In this document: positions 1 through 13,200 of the stretch, piece by piece
Numbering within the stretch: the stretch's first letter is position 1
Layout: every line of letters starts with the position of its first letter
DNA from: Fimicolochytrium jonesii
Lineage: Eukaryota
NCBI RefSeq assembly: GCF_025526975.1
Contig: NW_026515672.1
Span: 744,001 to 808,000, forward strand
Length of the DNA: 64,000 bases
Reading direction: 5' to 3'
Translations under genes and position numbers: made by a program
Notes under the pieces: model-generated
The model's database searches: none
What the model was told of the DNA's origin: nothing
Seen by the model: the letters and a program-made list of their open reading frames with translations, nothing else

Positions 1-404
1 CGGGTTCGGCGGGTTCGAACCAGGCGTTCACTTTACTCAGATCTGAGAGGTCAAGCGTAGGTCAGCGGATGCCCGGTCTTTAATGGCAACCAAGTCAGAA
101 ACCAACCATCCTCCCACGAGCCCTGTGTAGGCAGCTCCTCTGCAACAGTGGCGTTCTCTGAGTGCATATGCTGTAGTTTGAGTCCCAGTTCAGACTGTTC
201 GACTGCCACCGTCCACACGTCAGAGTCTGCCCATACCGCGATCTATGATGACTTTCAGGGCCCTTTGGTCTGCCGACTGCAGCGCCTTTCCGAAAGCCGA
301 GAGCAGTTCGTCACCGCCTGAAATTGGAAGTTAGTTGGGCAGCTCTTGCAGATGCGGATACAATCGAGGGTGTACTTGCAAGTGATGCCGCTCTGGTGGG
401 ACAT
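1..404 (-). CDS. TWF1: Twinfilin (ADF-H actin-monomer-binding protein), 5' part; runs off the left edge
   Basis: Manual splicing gives MSHQSGITCGDELLSAFGKALQSADQRALKVIIDRENATVAEELPTQGSWEDDLSKVNAWFEPAEP. This matches the twinfilin N-terminus (MSHQTGI...F......R.LKI.I..E......GSW..D). ATG at 404; first intron 379-318 is GC-AG. Confidence 0.85.
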
Positions 405-681
405 GTTTGTATGCGTATGTTCTTTGCGCCCAGAGAATAAGGGGAAGTTTACTGCGAGCTGTCCAACTCTCGTGTGTGTGTGTCTGTGCCGCCGACGGGC
501 GTGTCGGACATCATCGCGGCACTTTCGGACTTTCGAACATCGCAAAGTTCCCACGCTCTCAGGGCTTCAACTTCAGGATTCAGGTCGGGCAACGAAACGC
601 CACAGAGAGAGGACAGTAACCGGCACAAACTCTTCAAGCGTCCAGGCAGCAGTTCGAGGTCAGCGGGAACGTATAGCAAAG

Positions 682-3600
682 ATGGTTCAAGTGACGCCAG
701 CGAAGCGGAAGGAAGAAGAGGCGGGATTGGTCATAGATAGGCATGAGAGTTTGCCAACGACGTTATCACGACCCAACCCTGCGCTCAAGGTGAGCGGATA
801 CCGCTATATTCTTACGGTCAAAGCGCTGTATTCACTTCGTACCCTCACTGCAGAAAAGGAAAAGTTATGTCACCGATCTTCTGGACGCGACCCCCTCCTT
901 CGAAGCAGAGCTTGAGAAACTTTCCCACAACGCACCAAAGATCGCCGACTATAAAAGCACGTGGAACAGACCGGAATTGGCTGGATTCGACCCACAGGCA
1001 TCGCCTATAGGTAAATTCTTTGACCCGCAAGCTTTTCAATGCTGTGGGGTATAATGCTGACAAACTAATTTATTGGCTTCTCAGTATTTCAGCAGATCGA
1101 CATTGATGACATTGTACAAACATATGCGCCACGGTTACCAAATCCGTACGGGTTGCATGAAGCATCAACGTTGCGCATGTTTGGATGCACGATGGTATGA
1201 TGACTTCCAGCTTTTCAGCCCATCATATATCGGCCACCATCTAATCTTGCGCATAGGAAGGGCATAGTGTCACCTGCCACGTGCATGGCTTCCTCCCATA
1301 CTTCTACGTAGCTGCGCCAATGAACTACCGCCCCGAGCACAAAGATGCTATGCTCAAAGCCTTGAATGTTGGTTCAAGATTCCTTGCTCCATTACCGCGG
1401 ACCTTATCACTAACTGGCTGTACAGGAGGGATTGAAGATAAATCGTAATAGTCCCGGGCAGGCCGCTCTCGATCTGGAAATGGTGCAAAGGTCGAGCATA
1501 TACGGCTACCATGGGCCGCGGAAAGCTCTATTTCTACGAGTCATATTGCGGCTCGCTTCCTTTATACCAGCGGCAAAGCGAATGTTCACAACGGGATTCA
1601 CGGTGAATGGGTTGGGAAGGATGGTCAGCAACCCAACCTATGAGAGCAACATCCCATATCCGCTTCGCTTCATGATTGACGCGCAGGTACGACCCTTTCG
1701 AAGAATTGAGCTTCTGATCCTCTGTTAAACAGCTTCCGTCAGATCCAAGGAGCTAGTTGGGTCGAGCTGCCGGCCAGGACATATGTGGTGCGAAACCCAT
1801 CCAGCGCCCTGACCACTTCACAGATAGAAATCGACATATTGTAAGTGAGCGAAGCAATCAAAGCTTCGAGATCTTCTACTCACCTTCTCAACAGTTGCGA
1901 AGACATAGTAGCGCATCAACCAGAAGGCGAATGGCAAAAGATAGCACCTCTACGGATATTGAGCTTCGATATTGAATGCGCTGGCAGGAAAGGCGTGTTT
2001 CCGGAGGCGTCCGTGGATCCCGTCATTCAAATCGCAAACATGGTGACACTTCAGGGTAGGTGATTGACCTGGGACATTCGTGAAAGGCGTATTTCTGATG
2101 CAGGGCTTGTGGTTTAGGTGAAAGCCGGCCGTTCATCAGGAATGTGTTTACTCTGAAGAAATGTGCCAATATCGTCGGCACCCATACGCTATCATTCGAG
2201 ACAGAAGAGGAGCTACTGCAGGCATGGAGCGACTTCGTCGTGAAGGTAGGAACTCCTTTGCTTACCAGATTTGGGGTAGGCCGCTGCTGATCTGTCGCAA
2301 TGAAACGCAGATGGACCCAGACATGCTCATCGGATATAACATCAATGGTTTCGATTTCCCGTACTTGTTGGAGCGAGCGGAGACCTTGAAACTGGAAGAC
2401 TTCCCTTACTTGGGGCGCATTAAAGGTGCGATATCAACTTAGCGGGCAGGGTTTGCTCGAGCATGTACTCAAACATTCCAAAAGGCTCTCGAACCAATGC
2501 GAAGGACAGCAGATTCTCATCGAAGGGGCTGGGCAGTCGAGATACCAAAACCATCAACCTCGAAGGGCGGCTCCAGATGGATGTGTTGCAAGTGATGCAG
2601 CGCGATTACAAGTTGCGGTCGTATACTCTGAACTCTGTGTGCGCGCATTTTCTTGGTAGGCAATTCCCGTTTGCGTATGAACACTTGGGATTAAAATGCT
2701 AAAGCTGCATTCCTCTAGGCGAGCAAAAGGAGGACGTCCACTACTCTATCATCACAGACTTGCAAAATGGGAATGATGAGACGAGGCGGCGTCTTGCAAT
2801 CTATTGCTTGAAGGTAAGACTCCACCACTTACTCCCGCAAAATACTCAGCGGTGTGCTAACGATATGGTTCAGGATGCATACTTGCCACAAAGGCTGATC
2901 GACAAATTGATGTGCGTCATCAACTACATGGAGATGGCCAGAGTAACTGGAGTTCCTTTCAACTACCTTCTGACGAGGGGACAGCAAATCAAAGTGGTGT
3001 CCCAGCTGTATCGGAAAGCGAAAACCGAAGATCTTTTGATTCCTGCCATGGAAGTCGAGGGTATGTGGGTTTGCCTTCTCAAACGCGTGTCGGACGCAAG
3101 ATCTTTTAAGTTCTCTGTATCACAGGATCCGACGACGTCCAGTACGAGGGAGCGACCGTCATCGAGCCGATGAAAGGGTTTTACGAGAAACCAATCGCGA
3201 CGCTCGATTTCACATCGCTTTACCCATCAATCATGATGGCTCACAATCTGTGTTATTCAACGTGGCTTCATGATGCTAAGGCAGCGGACCAATATGGGCT
3301 CAAAAAGGGCGAAGATTACAAGGTTACGCCTGACAATGGTGAGGAGCAAATGTCCGCGAGATCGAGGGTTCGGGTACTTGAAACCAACCGTTTGTTTTTG
3401 GTTAGCGTTCTTCGTGAATCCATCGGTACGAAAAGGGATCCTGCCCACCATTCTCGAAGATCTACTTGCAGCGCGTAAACGGGCCAAGAATGATTTGAAG
3501 AAGGAGACGGATCCGTTCAAACGGGCTGTCTTAGACGGACGACAGTTGGCACTGAAGGTAAATAAACCGACGCATAGCATTCAGACGAGTAGGATGGGGC

Positions 3601-5158
3601 CTCACAAGACAAAATAGATCAGTGCAAACTCAGTATACGGATTCACCGGCGCCACCATTGGAAAGCTTCCTCTTCTCGCCATCTCATCCAGCGTCACCGC
3701 ATATGGACGTGAGATGATTGAACTGACGAAAGCGCGGGTAGAAGAGAAATTCACCTTGGCGAACGGATATGAGTTTGACGCACAAGTCATTTACGGAGAC
3801 ACGGATTCGGTGATGGTGAAGTTCGGTGTCGATACGGTGGCGGACGCGATGAAATACGGACGAGAAGCCGCCGACTATGTAACGAGCTTTTTCGAGAAAC
3901 CCATCAATCTCGATTTCGAGAAGGTGTACTATCCGTATCTGCTCATCAACAAGAAGCGATATGCGGGGTTGTACTGGACGAAGCCGGAGAAGCATGATAA
4001 GATGGATACGAAGGGGATTGAGGTATGCACGCGGAGCCGCTTTGGAGGTGGAAGGCGTATGCTAACGCTCGACCGTTACGTAGACTGTACGCCGTGATAG
4101 TTGTCGCCTGGTTTCCAGTGTCATCGAGACATGTCTAAAGAAGATCCTGGTTGATCGCGACGTCCTCGCAGCTGAAGAGTACACCAAAGGTGTCATTTCC
4201 GATCTGTTGCAAAATAAGATCGACCTGTCCCAGCTTGTGATTTCAAAGGCCCTTGGGAAAGCAGGTGGAGCTCATGCAGCAGCATTCACGTTGGATAGCC
4301 TCTGTATTCATTTGCTCCTCGCTTTTCAGAATACGCCGCAAAGCAAGCGCATAACGAGTTGGCGGAGCGGATGAGGAAGCGTGATGCGGGATCAGCGCCT
4401 GCATTAGGTGACCGTGTGGCCTATGTGATCATCAAGGGAACCAAAGGTAGACATTGCACGATGCTGCAAAGTTGCAGAATGGCAGCATGCTCATATCGTT
4501 TTCGATAGATGCTGCCGCGTACGAGAAGGCCGAAGATCCAATATACGTACTTGATAATAACGTGCCCATCGACACAAAGTACTATTTGGAAAACCAGCTG
4601 TCGAAACCCTTGATGCGAATCTTCGAACCGATTTTGGGCAGTAAGGCAAATAGGCTGTTATGTAAGTGTAAACCGCAGAATCCACGACGGTTAAGCCATG
4701 AGAACTAATCAGGATTTACGTTATGCAGCCGGCGACCACACCCGAACGATATCGGTTGCAGCACCCACAATAGGCGGTCTCATGAAGTTCGCCGTCAAAA
4801 CCGCAACATGTCTAGGCTGTAAAGCCGTCTTACGCAAAGGAGAAACCGCCGTGTGCGCACATTGCAAACCCCGCGTCGGCGAGCTGTACTACAAACATCT
4901 GGACGCCCAGACCGAGATGGAAGTGAAGTTTGCTCGACTATGGACACAATGTCAGCGATGCCAGGGGAGTCTACATCAGGACGTTATATGTACCGCGCAG
5001 GATTGTCCGATCTTTTATATGCGGAAGAAGGCGCAGAAGGATATGGGTGATAGTGCTGCAACGCTTGCGAGGTATGGTCGGCTGACTGACTGGCAAAGCA
5101 AGATCAGTTCCCCCTATATCTAACGGGTCTTTGCTGCAGGTTTGACTATGCATGGTAG
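682..5158 (+). CDS. POL3: DNA polymerase delta catalytic subunit (multi-exon)
   Basis: Family-B motifs [60 protein letters not shown] and KKRYAGL, plus C-terminal CysA/CysB (CLGC...CAHC...CQRC...C....CPIFY). Last exon RFDYAW* ends at 5158. Confidence 0.98.
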
Positions 5159-5617
5159 TGGGGCGGAATGGGGTCTCTTTAGATTTTATTGTAGATATTG
5201 GACATGCACGTATATAGTTGAGTTGGTAGCATGGTCGGAACTGCCAAGCGGTGTGGATGAAGGCACTTGCGGTGTACATTGGCTAGCATCCGGAATGGAA
5301 ACATAAGAGAGCTTCGTATTTGCAGATCTACCTTCCCAACATTCCCAACCTTCGTATTTGCAGATTAGCTTCATGAATTGTAAATTTCCATGCCTTCCTG
5401 CTGCTGCCGGTGGATTGCGTAGTGTTAAATCTGGAAATGGAGGAAAAAGAGGTCCTGGAGCGGGGAGTTGCTTGTGAGAGTCATTGACAGCACGGCATGC
5501 GCCACACCGTCGGGACATGAATCGGAACTTCACGTCAAAGGGGTCTCGGACTTCTCGACTTTGGCTGCTCCTGGCTTCGCTGGCCGTAACGCTTTGAGAA
5601 CTTTCATCGTAGCAAAC

Positions 5618-6310
5618 ATGATCAGAAGTTTGCAGTCACCTCGATCACTGTGTTGGAGTCAGCGATTGAAGCGGTCACCGGTGCAACTTGTTTGGTTGTG
5701 CAAGGGACCTAGTCAAGCAAACCGGCTTCTACAACGATCCATAAATCAACCAGCACAACTCGATACTATCGGATCTGGCCAGGAGAAAGCAACGAAATGC
5801 TGCGGAGGACACAAGGCTTCTGCCCCATCGGACCCGCCTCTTCGACGGCCGGAAAGCCCTCAAAGCCTAAGTTTCTGGACGTCGAACTCCACTTGGCACC
5901 GCGCCTCCTCCAACACTCTCCGCTGCCTTCTCGGCTGCACCCTCGGCGATTTCTCATCCATGTTCTACCTCCAAACCCACTACGCGCACCTTGCCCCGCA
6001 CATCATCATGTCCCTCTCGATGGCCGCCGGCATCGCATCCTCGGTCCTCCTCGAGACCGCCGTCCTCCGCTCCTGGGAAGGCATGACCACGCAACGAGCG
6101 TTCCGGACGGCGGTAGGGATGTCGATGATTTCGATGGTTGTGATGGAGAGTGTGGAGAACGGCGTGGATTGGTGGTTGACGGGAGGTGTGGTGGAGTTGG
6201 GCAGTGCGGTGTTTTGGGGGAAGGCGGCGTTTGCGATGGCGTGTGGGTTTGGAGCGGCGCTGCCGTATAACTATTGGAGGTTGAGGGCTTTTGGGAAAGC
6301 TTGCCATTGA
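5618..6310 (+). CDS. DUF4396-family multi-pass membrane protein, intronless, possible mitochondrial presequence
   Basis: Motifs TWHRASSNTLRCLLGCTLGDFS, AFRTAVGMSMISMVVMESVENGVD and GFGAALPYNYWRLRAFGKACH are typical of DUF4396. Arg/Ser-rich, acid-free N-terminus from ATG 5618. Confidence 0.8.
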   Translation: MIRSLQSPRSLCWSQRLKRSPVQLVWLCKGPSQANRLLQRSINQPAQLDTIGSGQEKATKCCGGHKASAPSDPPLRRPESPQSLSFWTSNSTWHRASSNTLRCLLGCTLGDFSSMFYLQTHYAHLAPHIIMSLSMAAGIASSVLLETAVLRSWEGMTTQRAFRTAVGMSMISMVVMESVENGVDWWLTGGVVELGSAVFWGKAAFAMACGFGAALPYNYWRLRAFGKACH

Positions 6311-6566
6311 TGTGAGAGAGCCTTTCTGTATATATAGACTGTACAGCATGTTCTGTGATGTATACACCTGTACAGAGTTTATACAGCGCATTCCACCTTC
6401 CAGGTCTCGAAATCGCCATAAGCGAAAGGCCGTCCCCCGACGTATACGTATTCACCAAAAATCTATCCAAAATGTCGACATGTCGTACGTCAAGCTGAGC
6501 AAACCATCCTTGCTGAGGAGCGTGTATGTCTCCCAACGTATGTACACTGCGATGTGGTCGCCTACT

Positions 6567-8381
6567 TCATAGTACGGTCTTCTGGTCCAAGTTCATGGCA
6601 TATACGAAGCCATCTAGAAACGGGGTAAGTTCGGCGAGCATAAGCTTGCGACTGGGTCTGAACCCGCATGCCATAAGACATATAACGTACCCATTTGCTG
6701 GCAAAGTGAGTTATATAGCTCCATCAAGTGGAAGATCTTGGTTTTCAGTCTGCTGGACGCGGTAAGCTCATGCGCGACCGTATGCTCAGAGAGACAATCA
6801 TGGCCGCACCTTTGGCCATACGCAACGCAGGCATGTTGCTGCTCCGACGTGAGTCTTTCATCGTCATTCTGCTCATTGCCGCTAGGTTGATCGGATCTGG
6901 AGCCGGCCACCAAGAAACTCCCTGCCAGTGCATCGCTCCGTTGTACATTATTCACAAAGGCGTATAAAAGATCGTGTATCTGTTTACGTGATTCGTGAGA
7001 CGTTGGACGGAGGTCCGTAGGAACAAGCGCAACGTACATGTCCTTTGCCATCTTCGCTCTCTGAGCTACTCCCTGAATCATCTGAGTCCTCTGCATTCGA
7101 GATTGGCCACTCAGGCGTGTCTCTCATCTGCGTGCGGGGCATAGGTTTGGGTGGAGTCAAATTCACCGGGTCATTCGGGGTTATGATTTCATGTGTAGTT
7201 GCCGGTGATTTTTCTTCCGCTATACTTGGGTCATCAACCTCTTCGGTAACTTTGCGACCACCAGTATTGCATTCGTTGCTGGTGGGCTCCCCAACAGGTT
7301 CCGGGATGTCATCATGCTTTTCAGGCGCATGCTTGTTTTTCTGTGGATGCAGGACAGGACTCCTTGGAGTAGCAGATATCTGTGATGGCGGTCGAGCAAA
7401 CTGTTGCGGCTTTTGGGATTGACTTGATAGAGCCAACGAGTGGCGGAGCGCCTCCAAAATCTTTGCCGCCACTATCTCAGCACTATCTCGCGCTTGTGTC
7501 TCCAGTGGTAAGACTTTTGTGTGGGAGGACGTTACAGAAGGCGCACCCTGGCCGCCAGTCGTCTCGTTCGTTGCCGTTATTCGAACATGGACAGTCGGAG
7601 GTGAGTCTGCTTTCCTTGACGACGGCTTCAGCGGCCGTATCATTCGGGATGAATGGTTATTTACGTCCTCTCGTAGCTCCATACTTGCATATTGCTTTGG
7701 CTTCCCATATTTTGACGCGTCATCCTTTATTTTGTTGGTAGGCTTCCGTTCTCTCCTGTTTGCCTTCACACCAATGTGTCCCAGATTCACCAGATCGGCT
7801 CCTTCACTGAGGACCAGTCTCGTTCGCTCTATCAACAAGTGCTCCAACAGTTTCTTTCGTCTACCAACGGTCTCCAAAGCAAGGCTTGACCGCGCGTCGA
7901 GTATAGCGTTGTCAAGCCGCTGATGGATCTTCATAGTGCCGCTTTGGCGACGCTGTAAAGCGGTCTCACGCGCAAAATCTTTGGCTGCTCGAGCCGCTGG
8001 CGAAGATCGCCTTACACGCGGTGCAGACTTCGGCCTCGGTTCTCGCGTCTCGACGTGTGAAGCCAAAGGTTTTGAAGAGCGACTCTTGGGATGCTGCTGC
8101 TTTGTAGACAGCACAAATCTCCTATCATTCACTTTTCCCGCCTCGCCGTCGTCCTTTGCTGGTCCCGAGGAGGGTGAGAGTATTGGCGGCCTGGTGCTTT
8201 GGAGGTGGTGCAGCAACGCGGCGATTTCAGGCCCATTATCTCTGTGTAGCGCGTTTTTACCGGCGTCAGTCGGCAGAGGCGGGCTTCTCCGGGGTGATCC
8301 TGGAAGCGACGGGGTGCTCCTATCGAGGCCATCAAGACTGAAAGTAATGTCGTCCTGTGTGTGCGTCGCCAGTAGTGCCAT
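6567..8381 (-). CDS. Hypothetical, largely disordered protein; 3' exons uncertain
   Basis: 465-aa ORF 8381-6984 with a phase-0 GTACGT donor near 7037, followed by a compatible exon (IHDLLYAFVNNVQ...). The end is approximate. Confidence 0.5.
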
Positions 8382-8530
8382 TGTGCGGTGTGATCTTGGC
8401 TCAAGATGGAGGGGAAAGGCAAGAAGCCATTCTAACGAGCGCGTTGGAACTTGGCTGCCGCTCTCTCGCCGTCACTGCCCGACCGTTTTGGGCCCCCGAC
8501 ATTCGCACGAACTCCCGCCATGGAAAGGCC

Positions 8531-8575
8531 AAACACACACACACAAACACACACACACACACATACATACATACG
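8531..8575. repeat. Compound (CA)n/(CATA)n microsatellite
   Basis: Sequence aaacacacacacacaaacacacacacacacacatacatacatac, just upstream of the EMC10 ATG. Confidence 0.9.
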
Positions 8576-8591
8576 CAGATATAGTGTGACA

Positions 8592-9707
8592 ATGGGCAGC
8601 CCAACAGCAGTGCGTCTACTGCCTAGACAGCTCAGCTTCCAAGCTTTGGTCTTGCTTGTTGTCTTTGCCCTTTGGTCCTTCGAACAAGTTGCCGCGGAAC
8701 CGGTGCAGGTGAGCCTCTTTGGAGAGCCTGGTTATAGATCGTGGGCACGAACCCTCAAAGTCGCTGGCTGAGCTATCACTGAACCGTTGTATTCAGTATC
8801 CAGTCCTCCATTCTATTGGCCGACAGAATCCCGTCGAACGCGGGCATATCACCGTGGATGCAGCTTCAACGAAACGCAGCGTCAACAAGTACGTTGCGGA
8901 CGACAACAAAGCGCAACCGGCTGAGCTTGTGAACAAGGGAAGTTCTGGAGATCAGACGGAACTGTACAGGGTTTCTGTTCAAGTAGGGCAAGGCAAGACC
9001 CTATCTGCCGCGGTTCCTGTGGTATGTGAGGCGATGGAAGGCGCCGAGGGAGTTTGGCTGTTGTTGCTATCGGCAAGGGAGAGACAGTAGGCTAAGTGCC
9101 CTCTTGATTGCTTTTCAGTGCTTGTTGAAAGCATCAAACTTCCGGGAGCAGATTACCTTGCATCTGGATTCCGAAGGTGAGCCAAACCGTTTTAGTTCAC
9201 ATTGGACGCCCCCACTGACTCGATATCGCGTAGGCAAACCATGGCACCTGGACTACCTAGTTTCCGCCTCAACGTGCGGTCCTTCGTCTAGGCAAACGGT
9301 AAACAGCTCGGCACATCTAATGTCTCTTCATAACGCTCCGCTCACACTTCACATGTCCTCCTGTAGCAGCGCCCACCACGTACGCAGGTGTTCCTTGAAA
9401 GGGCGGTCGTCGGAGCAAGGTTTGTACCTGATCGGGTTATGAAGCATATTCTTTCAGAAACCTCACTCACATCTCCTGGTTGCCAGACCACGCCTTGAGC
9501 AAATCGTCGAAAACACGCCAGATGGCAAGGCCCCACCGGAACCCACCTTCTTGCAGAAGTGAGTCCCGCGTTCCCTATTCTGTTCTAACCAAGGACTGTT
9601 GCGCTTATCATGTGCCCGCTTCTGCGCCGTGTAGGTACTGGTATTATATCATCCCCGTCGTCCTCATGGTCCTTTTGTCAGGTCAGGAGGAGCCTGCTAA
9701 GAAGTAG
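8592..9707 (+). CDS. EMC10: ER membrane protein complex subunit 10 (multi-exon)
   Basis: N-terminal signal peptide, CLLKASNFREQITLHLD..G...HLDY, and C-terminal FLQKYWYYIIPVVLMVLLSG, the characteristic EMC10 TM tail. Confidence 0.85.
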
Positions 9708-10247
9708 TGACCTCTGCGCCAAACATTTGAGGAGGGGTCCGGGTCTTACTAGATAAACGCTCCGAACGATTCCATCACTCAACCAACCAGGCACAAATTA
9801 TCTCAATTAGATAGGGGGGGCGAAGTTCACGGAGGCGCAATGGTTTAGAGTACTCGGCCAATGCAGTGAGCACGAAAAGGAGTTGATCGTATAGACTTCT
9901 GTGTCCGGCAAATGAGTTTCGCTTCTGCCCAAATGTCCCTACAATGTCCCCCAAATGTCGCAATATAGAGCATCGTAAGGGAAACGGCGTTTTTGCGATA
10001 GCAAATTACTTCATCTCATTAGGTTGAACAAGGTCGAAAATATATGAGGCAGAACTACAAAGATAACTATGTGAAACACAGATGTTCTGAATCTAGTGTT
10101 AAAACAAAACTGAGATCTAGATCTAAGTGTTGAGACATAGTGTGTTACTGCCGACTTGGAGTTAAAAGATATGAAGCAGAGTGAAGAGAATCGAAGCTAA
10201 GATAAACTATACTATGTGCACGCCCTCGACATTACGCCAGTATTACA

Positions 10248-13200
10248 CTACGCCTTGGGGCTCCGCGCCTTGACCCACCGTCTGACCCTAGGGGCAGCGG
10301 CCGCGGGAGTCGTCGCTGCCTTGGGAGCAGGAGCGCTAGGCGATGGGGCCGGAACTGGGGCCTTCGTGGGCTCAGGCTTGGGAGTGGGGGCGGCGGGAGA
10401 AGGAGCCGGGGCGTGGGTCGGCGCCGGGGTGGGTGCCGGGGTGGGTGGGGGAGTGGCGGTCGCCGGAGGTGGGGCGCTCGTGGCCGCGACCGCAGTGGAC
10501 GTAGCGGAAGCGGTCGCGCTGGAGGTAATGGGGAGGGTGCCGTTACCGTAGAAGATAGCGGCGAAGTTGGGGGGGAGATCGAGATCTGGGAGACCCAAGA
10601 GACCAGGAGCCAAGGGAGCTGCGGACTCGTAACCGGCACCAACACGCTCACCAAGGGCACCAGAGAATTTGAGCCTGCTGGGAGCTTGGGATAGGATGGC
10701 ATTGGCTTGTTGCACCAAAGGACCGACGAAGGGAAGCTTCTCGATGTTGATGAAAGGAAGCTTGATGAGCGCTCCGAAGGCGTGGATGACAACCTTGGTC
10801 AGAACGGCTCCCAAGATGGGGCCGAGGGAGTTCTCAGCGAAACGCTTTGTGAACAGGACTCCAGTGGCGGTAGCAAACCAAGCGAGGTCTTGCTTGGTGT
10901 TGGGGTCGTTGATGTTGAGGCCGATACGGTAGTTCTTGAAGTCAAAGAGAGCCCTCAGATGGTCGAAGAACTCCTTGATAGCGCCGATAGGGTTGAAGAT
11001 GTTCTTCAAGATGTCCTTCCAGTCCATAGGGAACAAGATGGATAGAATAAAGTTCCTTGTACCCTTCTGCGTACCTCCTTGGTGGACGTTGAGGATCTCA
11101 CAGTTGCCGTTGGTAGCAATACGGAGAAGATCCGTGTCGCCACTGTGCAGGCGAATGTCGACCTCACCAATGAGAAGACCGAAACCGTAGGGGTTGGGGA
11201 ACGAGAGCTCGGCGCCGAAGGGTAAGGGGGCGAGGCCGAGGTGCTGGATGGGGGAGACGAGGACTGGGATGTTGATGTCGAGAGGTTCCCAGAAGTAGAG
11301 GTTTCCGGCGTAGAATCCGAGCTTGTCAAAGATGTCAAAGACAACACCGTTGCTACCCTTGATAAGCAACCATCCGAGCATAGCGTGCTGACTGAAGGAG
11401 TTCCATGTGAACATGTACGTGAGGGCTTCGTACAAAGGCTCGATGATGCCGTTCGCCTCGTCCAAGTCTGGAACAATCTCCAAGTCGATGACGATTTCTG
11501 GGTATCCGATCTTGGGAGGTTGGATGACGACGTCGGTGGCGTGGTAGTTCCTGCCGGTACCTCCGGGCTTGTATTGAACTTGGGCGACCAGCTCCTGGAA
11601 CTTCAGGTTGACAGGCAGCGACTTCAAGGCTTCCATGGCGGGGATCTTTACGTTTGCTCCGATACCGCGCGCGTTGAGGAAGGCGCGGATGTCGTCCAGG
11701 ACGATAGGGTGGGCATCCATAAAGGTCTTGATGTCTGCGATCGTGCTGGCGATCGTGGCTTGAGGAACCTCCAAATTGATCTTGGACAACAGACGGAAAG
11801 GCTTCTCTTTGCTACCGAAGAGGATGTCCTTGGCACCGGCACTGGTGAGAGGGAAGTGAACGTCCCTGTGGAACAACAGATCACCGGTCAACATTCCGAG
11901 GCCGGCAATCAGGTACGCGTTCTTGCGGAATTCAGCTCCAAGGGCGCCACCAAGGTGGCCATCGCGAAGAGCGAAGTTCTCCAGACTTCCAACCATGAAC
12001 TCTTGGTTTTGCAACATGACGCTGAGTGTACCGTAAGGCAAGTTGAGGCCGAATTGTCCGTTGTTGGGCGCGTGACCGTTGACGCTGATAGCAAGCGCGG
12101 AGGTGGTGGCCACATCGACATCAACAGCGTCAAGACCGAATCCTTCGGGCAAGGACAATGAGGTCAATGAGCTGAACTTAGGGAGGCCGTTCAAGATGGT
12201 TGTGATCGACACGGAGATAGTAGCAGCTTGTAGGGTGTCGATGTTATCCGTGGCGGATTCACCGAACACAATGTTGGCCATTGCAACGGAGTGCTCCGCA
12301 GCAGCCTTGCCGGCGATGTAATCGTTGACGATGGCTGCAATAATGTCTGCAATCTTGTCGCTGTCATTCACATCAACAGAAAGGTTGACTCCTGCGGTGA
12401 TCATGCCACCCTCCGTGGTAACCTTGATTCCATTGACCAAGTTCCACTTAGCCAACCTATTGAAGTGATAAATGCGTTAGGAAACTACTGAAGCAAATCA
12501 CGCTCACTAAAGTGCAAAGAACTTACAATTCCGAGTCCAAGCTCATTTCACCGTTCAAGTAGCCAATGTCGATGTCGAAGATGGTTGGCAGACCGACAAC
12601 TCCAACAGCGGCGTCAACAGTGATCTTGCTCGCTGTGCCCAAATCGACGATAGCACGGCGCAGGGAGATCATCTTCTGGAGAACCTCCGGAGTCAACTTG
12701 TCAAGATCGATGCCGAACATCATGAAGATGGCAGGAATCAAGGTACTGTCGCCAGAAACCTTGCCGAAGATATCCTTCGCGGCGATACCGATCTGAGCCA
12801 TGCTGAACATCTTAATGGCATCGTCCTTGCTCAAACCGAAGGTGATCTTGCTGGCACCGACGATTTGGGTCATGCCCGTTGGGTTCTCCTTGAGATCCTT
12901 GAAGAACTTGGCAACGACATCCTTGGCTCCGGTAGGGAAGACATTGTCCATCTCAATAGCAAGGTTGTTGCTACCCGGGGCGATGTTCAAGCCCGACAGG
13001 GTGGAAGTGATGAGGTCCGTCTTGTCAATTGCGATAGAGAGGCTGACGTAGTTGAGGCCGGTGATGGTAATGGGCAGGTTGCTCTTGAACGCAACGGCGA
13101 GACCAACGTGGACGGCGCGGCCAGGATCGGTCCTAACGAGGAGCTTACTAACCGTGAGGCCGAGACCTTTAACGATGGCAACAAGGTCAAGGTTGAGGGA

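Noticed and set aside
663..670. E2F-like GCGGGAAC just upstream of POL3
   Set aside because: Single imperfect short match, likely within the 5' UTR; expected by chance.
346..681. Upstream extension of the 189-aa plus-strand ORF as the POL3 N-terminus
   Set aside because: Overlaps the twinfilin first exon and the shared promoter; the plausible POL3 start is ATG 682.
6390..6520. Possible in-frame UGA/selenocysteine readthrough in a minus-strand frame (…FWIDFW*IRIRR…)
   Set aside because: No selenoprotein-like motif or SECIS seen; exon structure here is unresolved.
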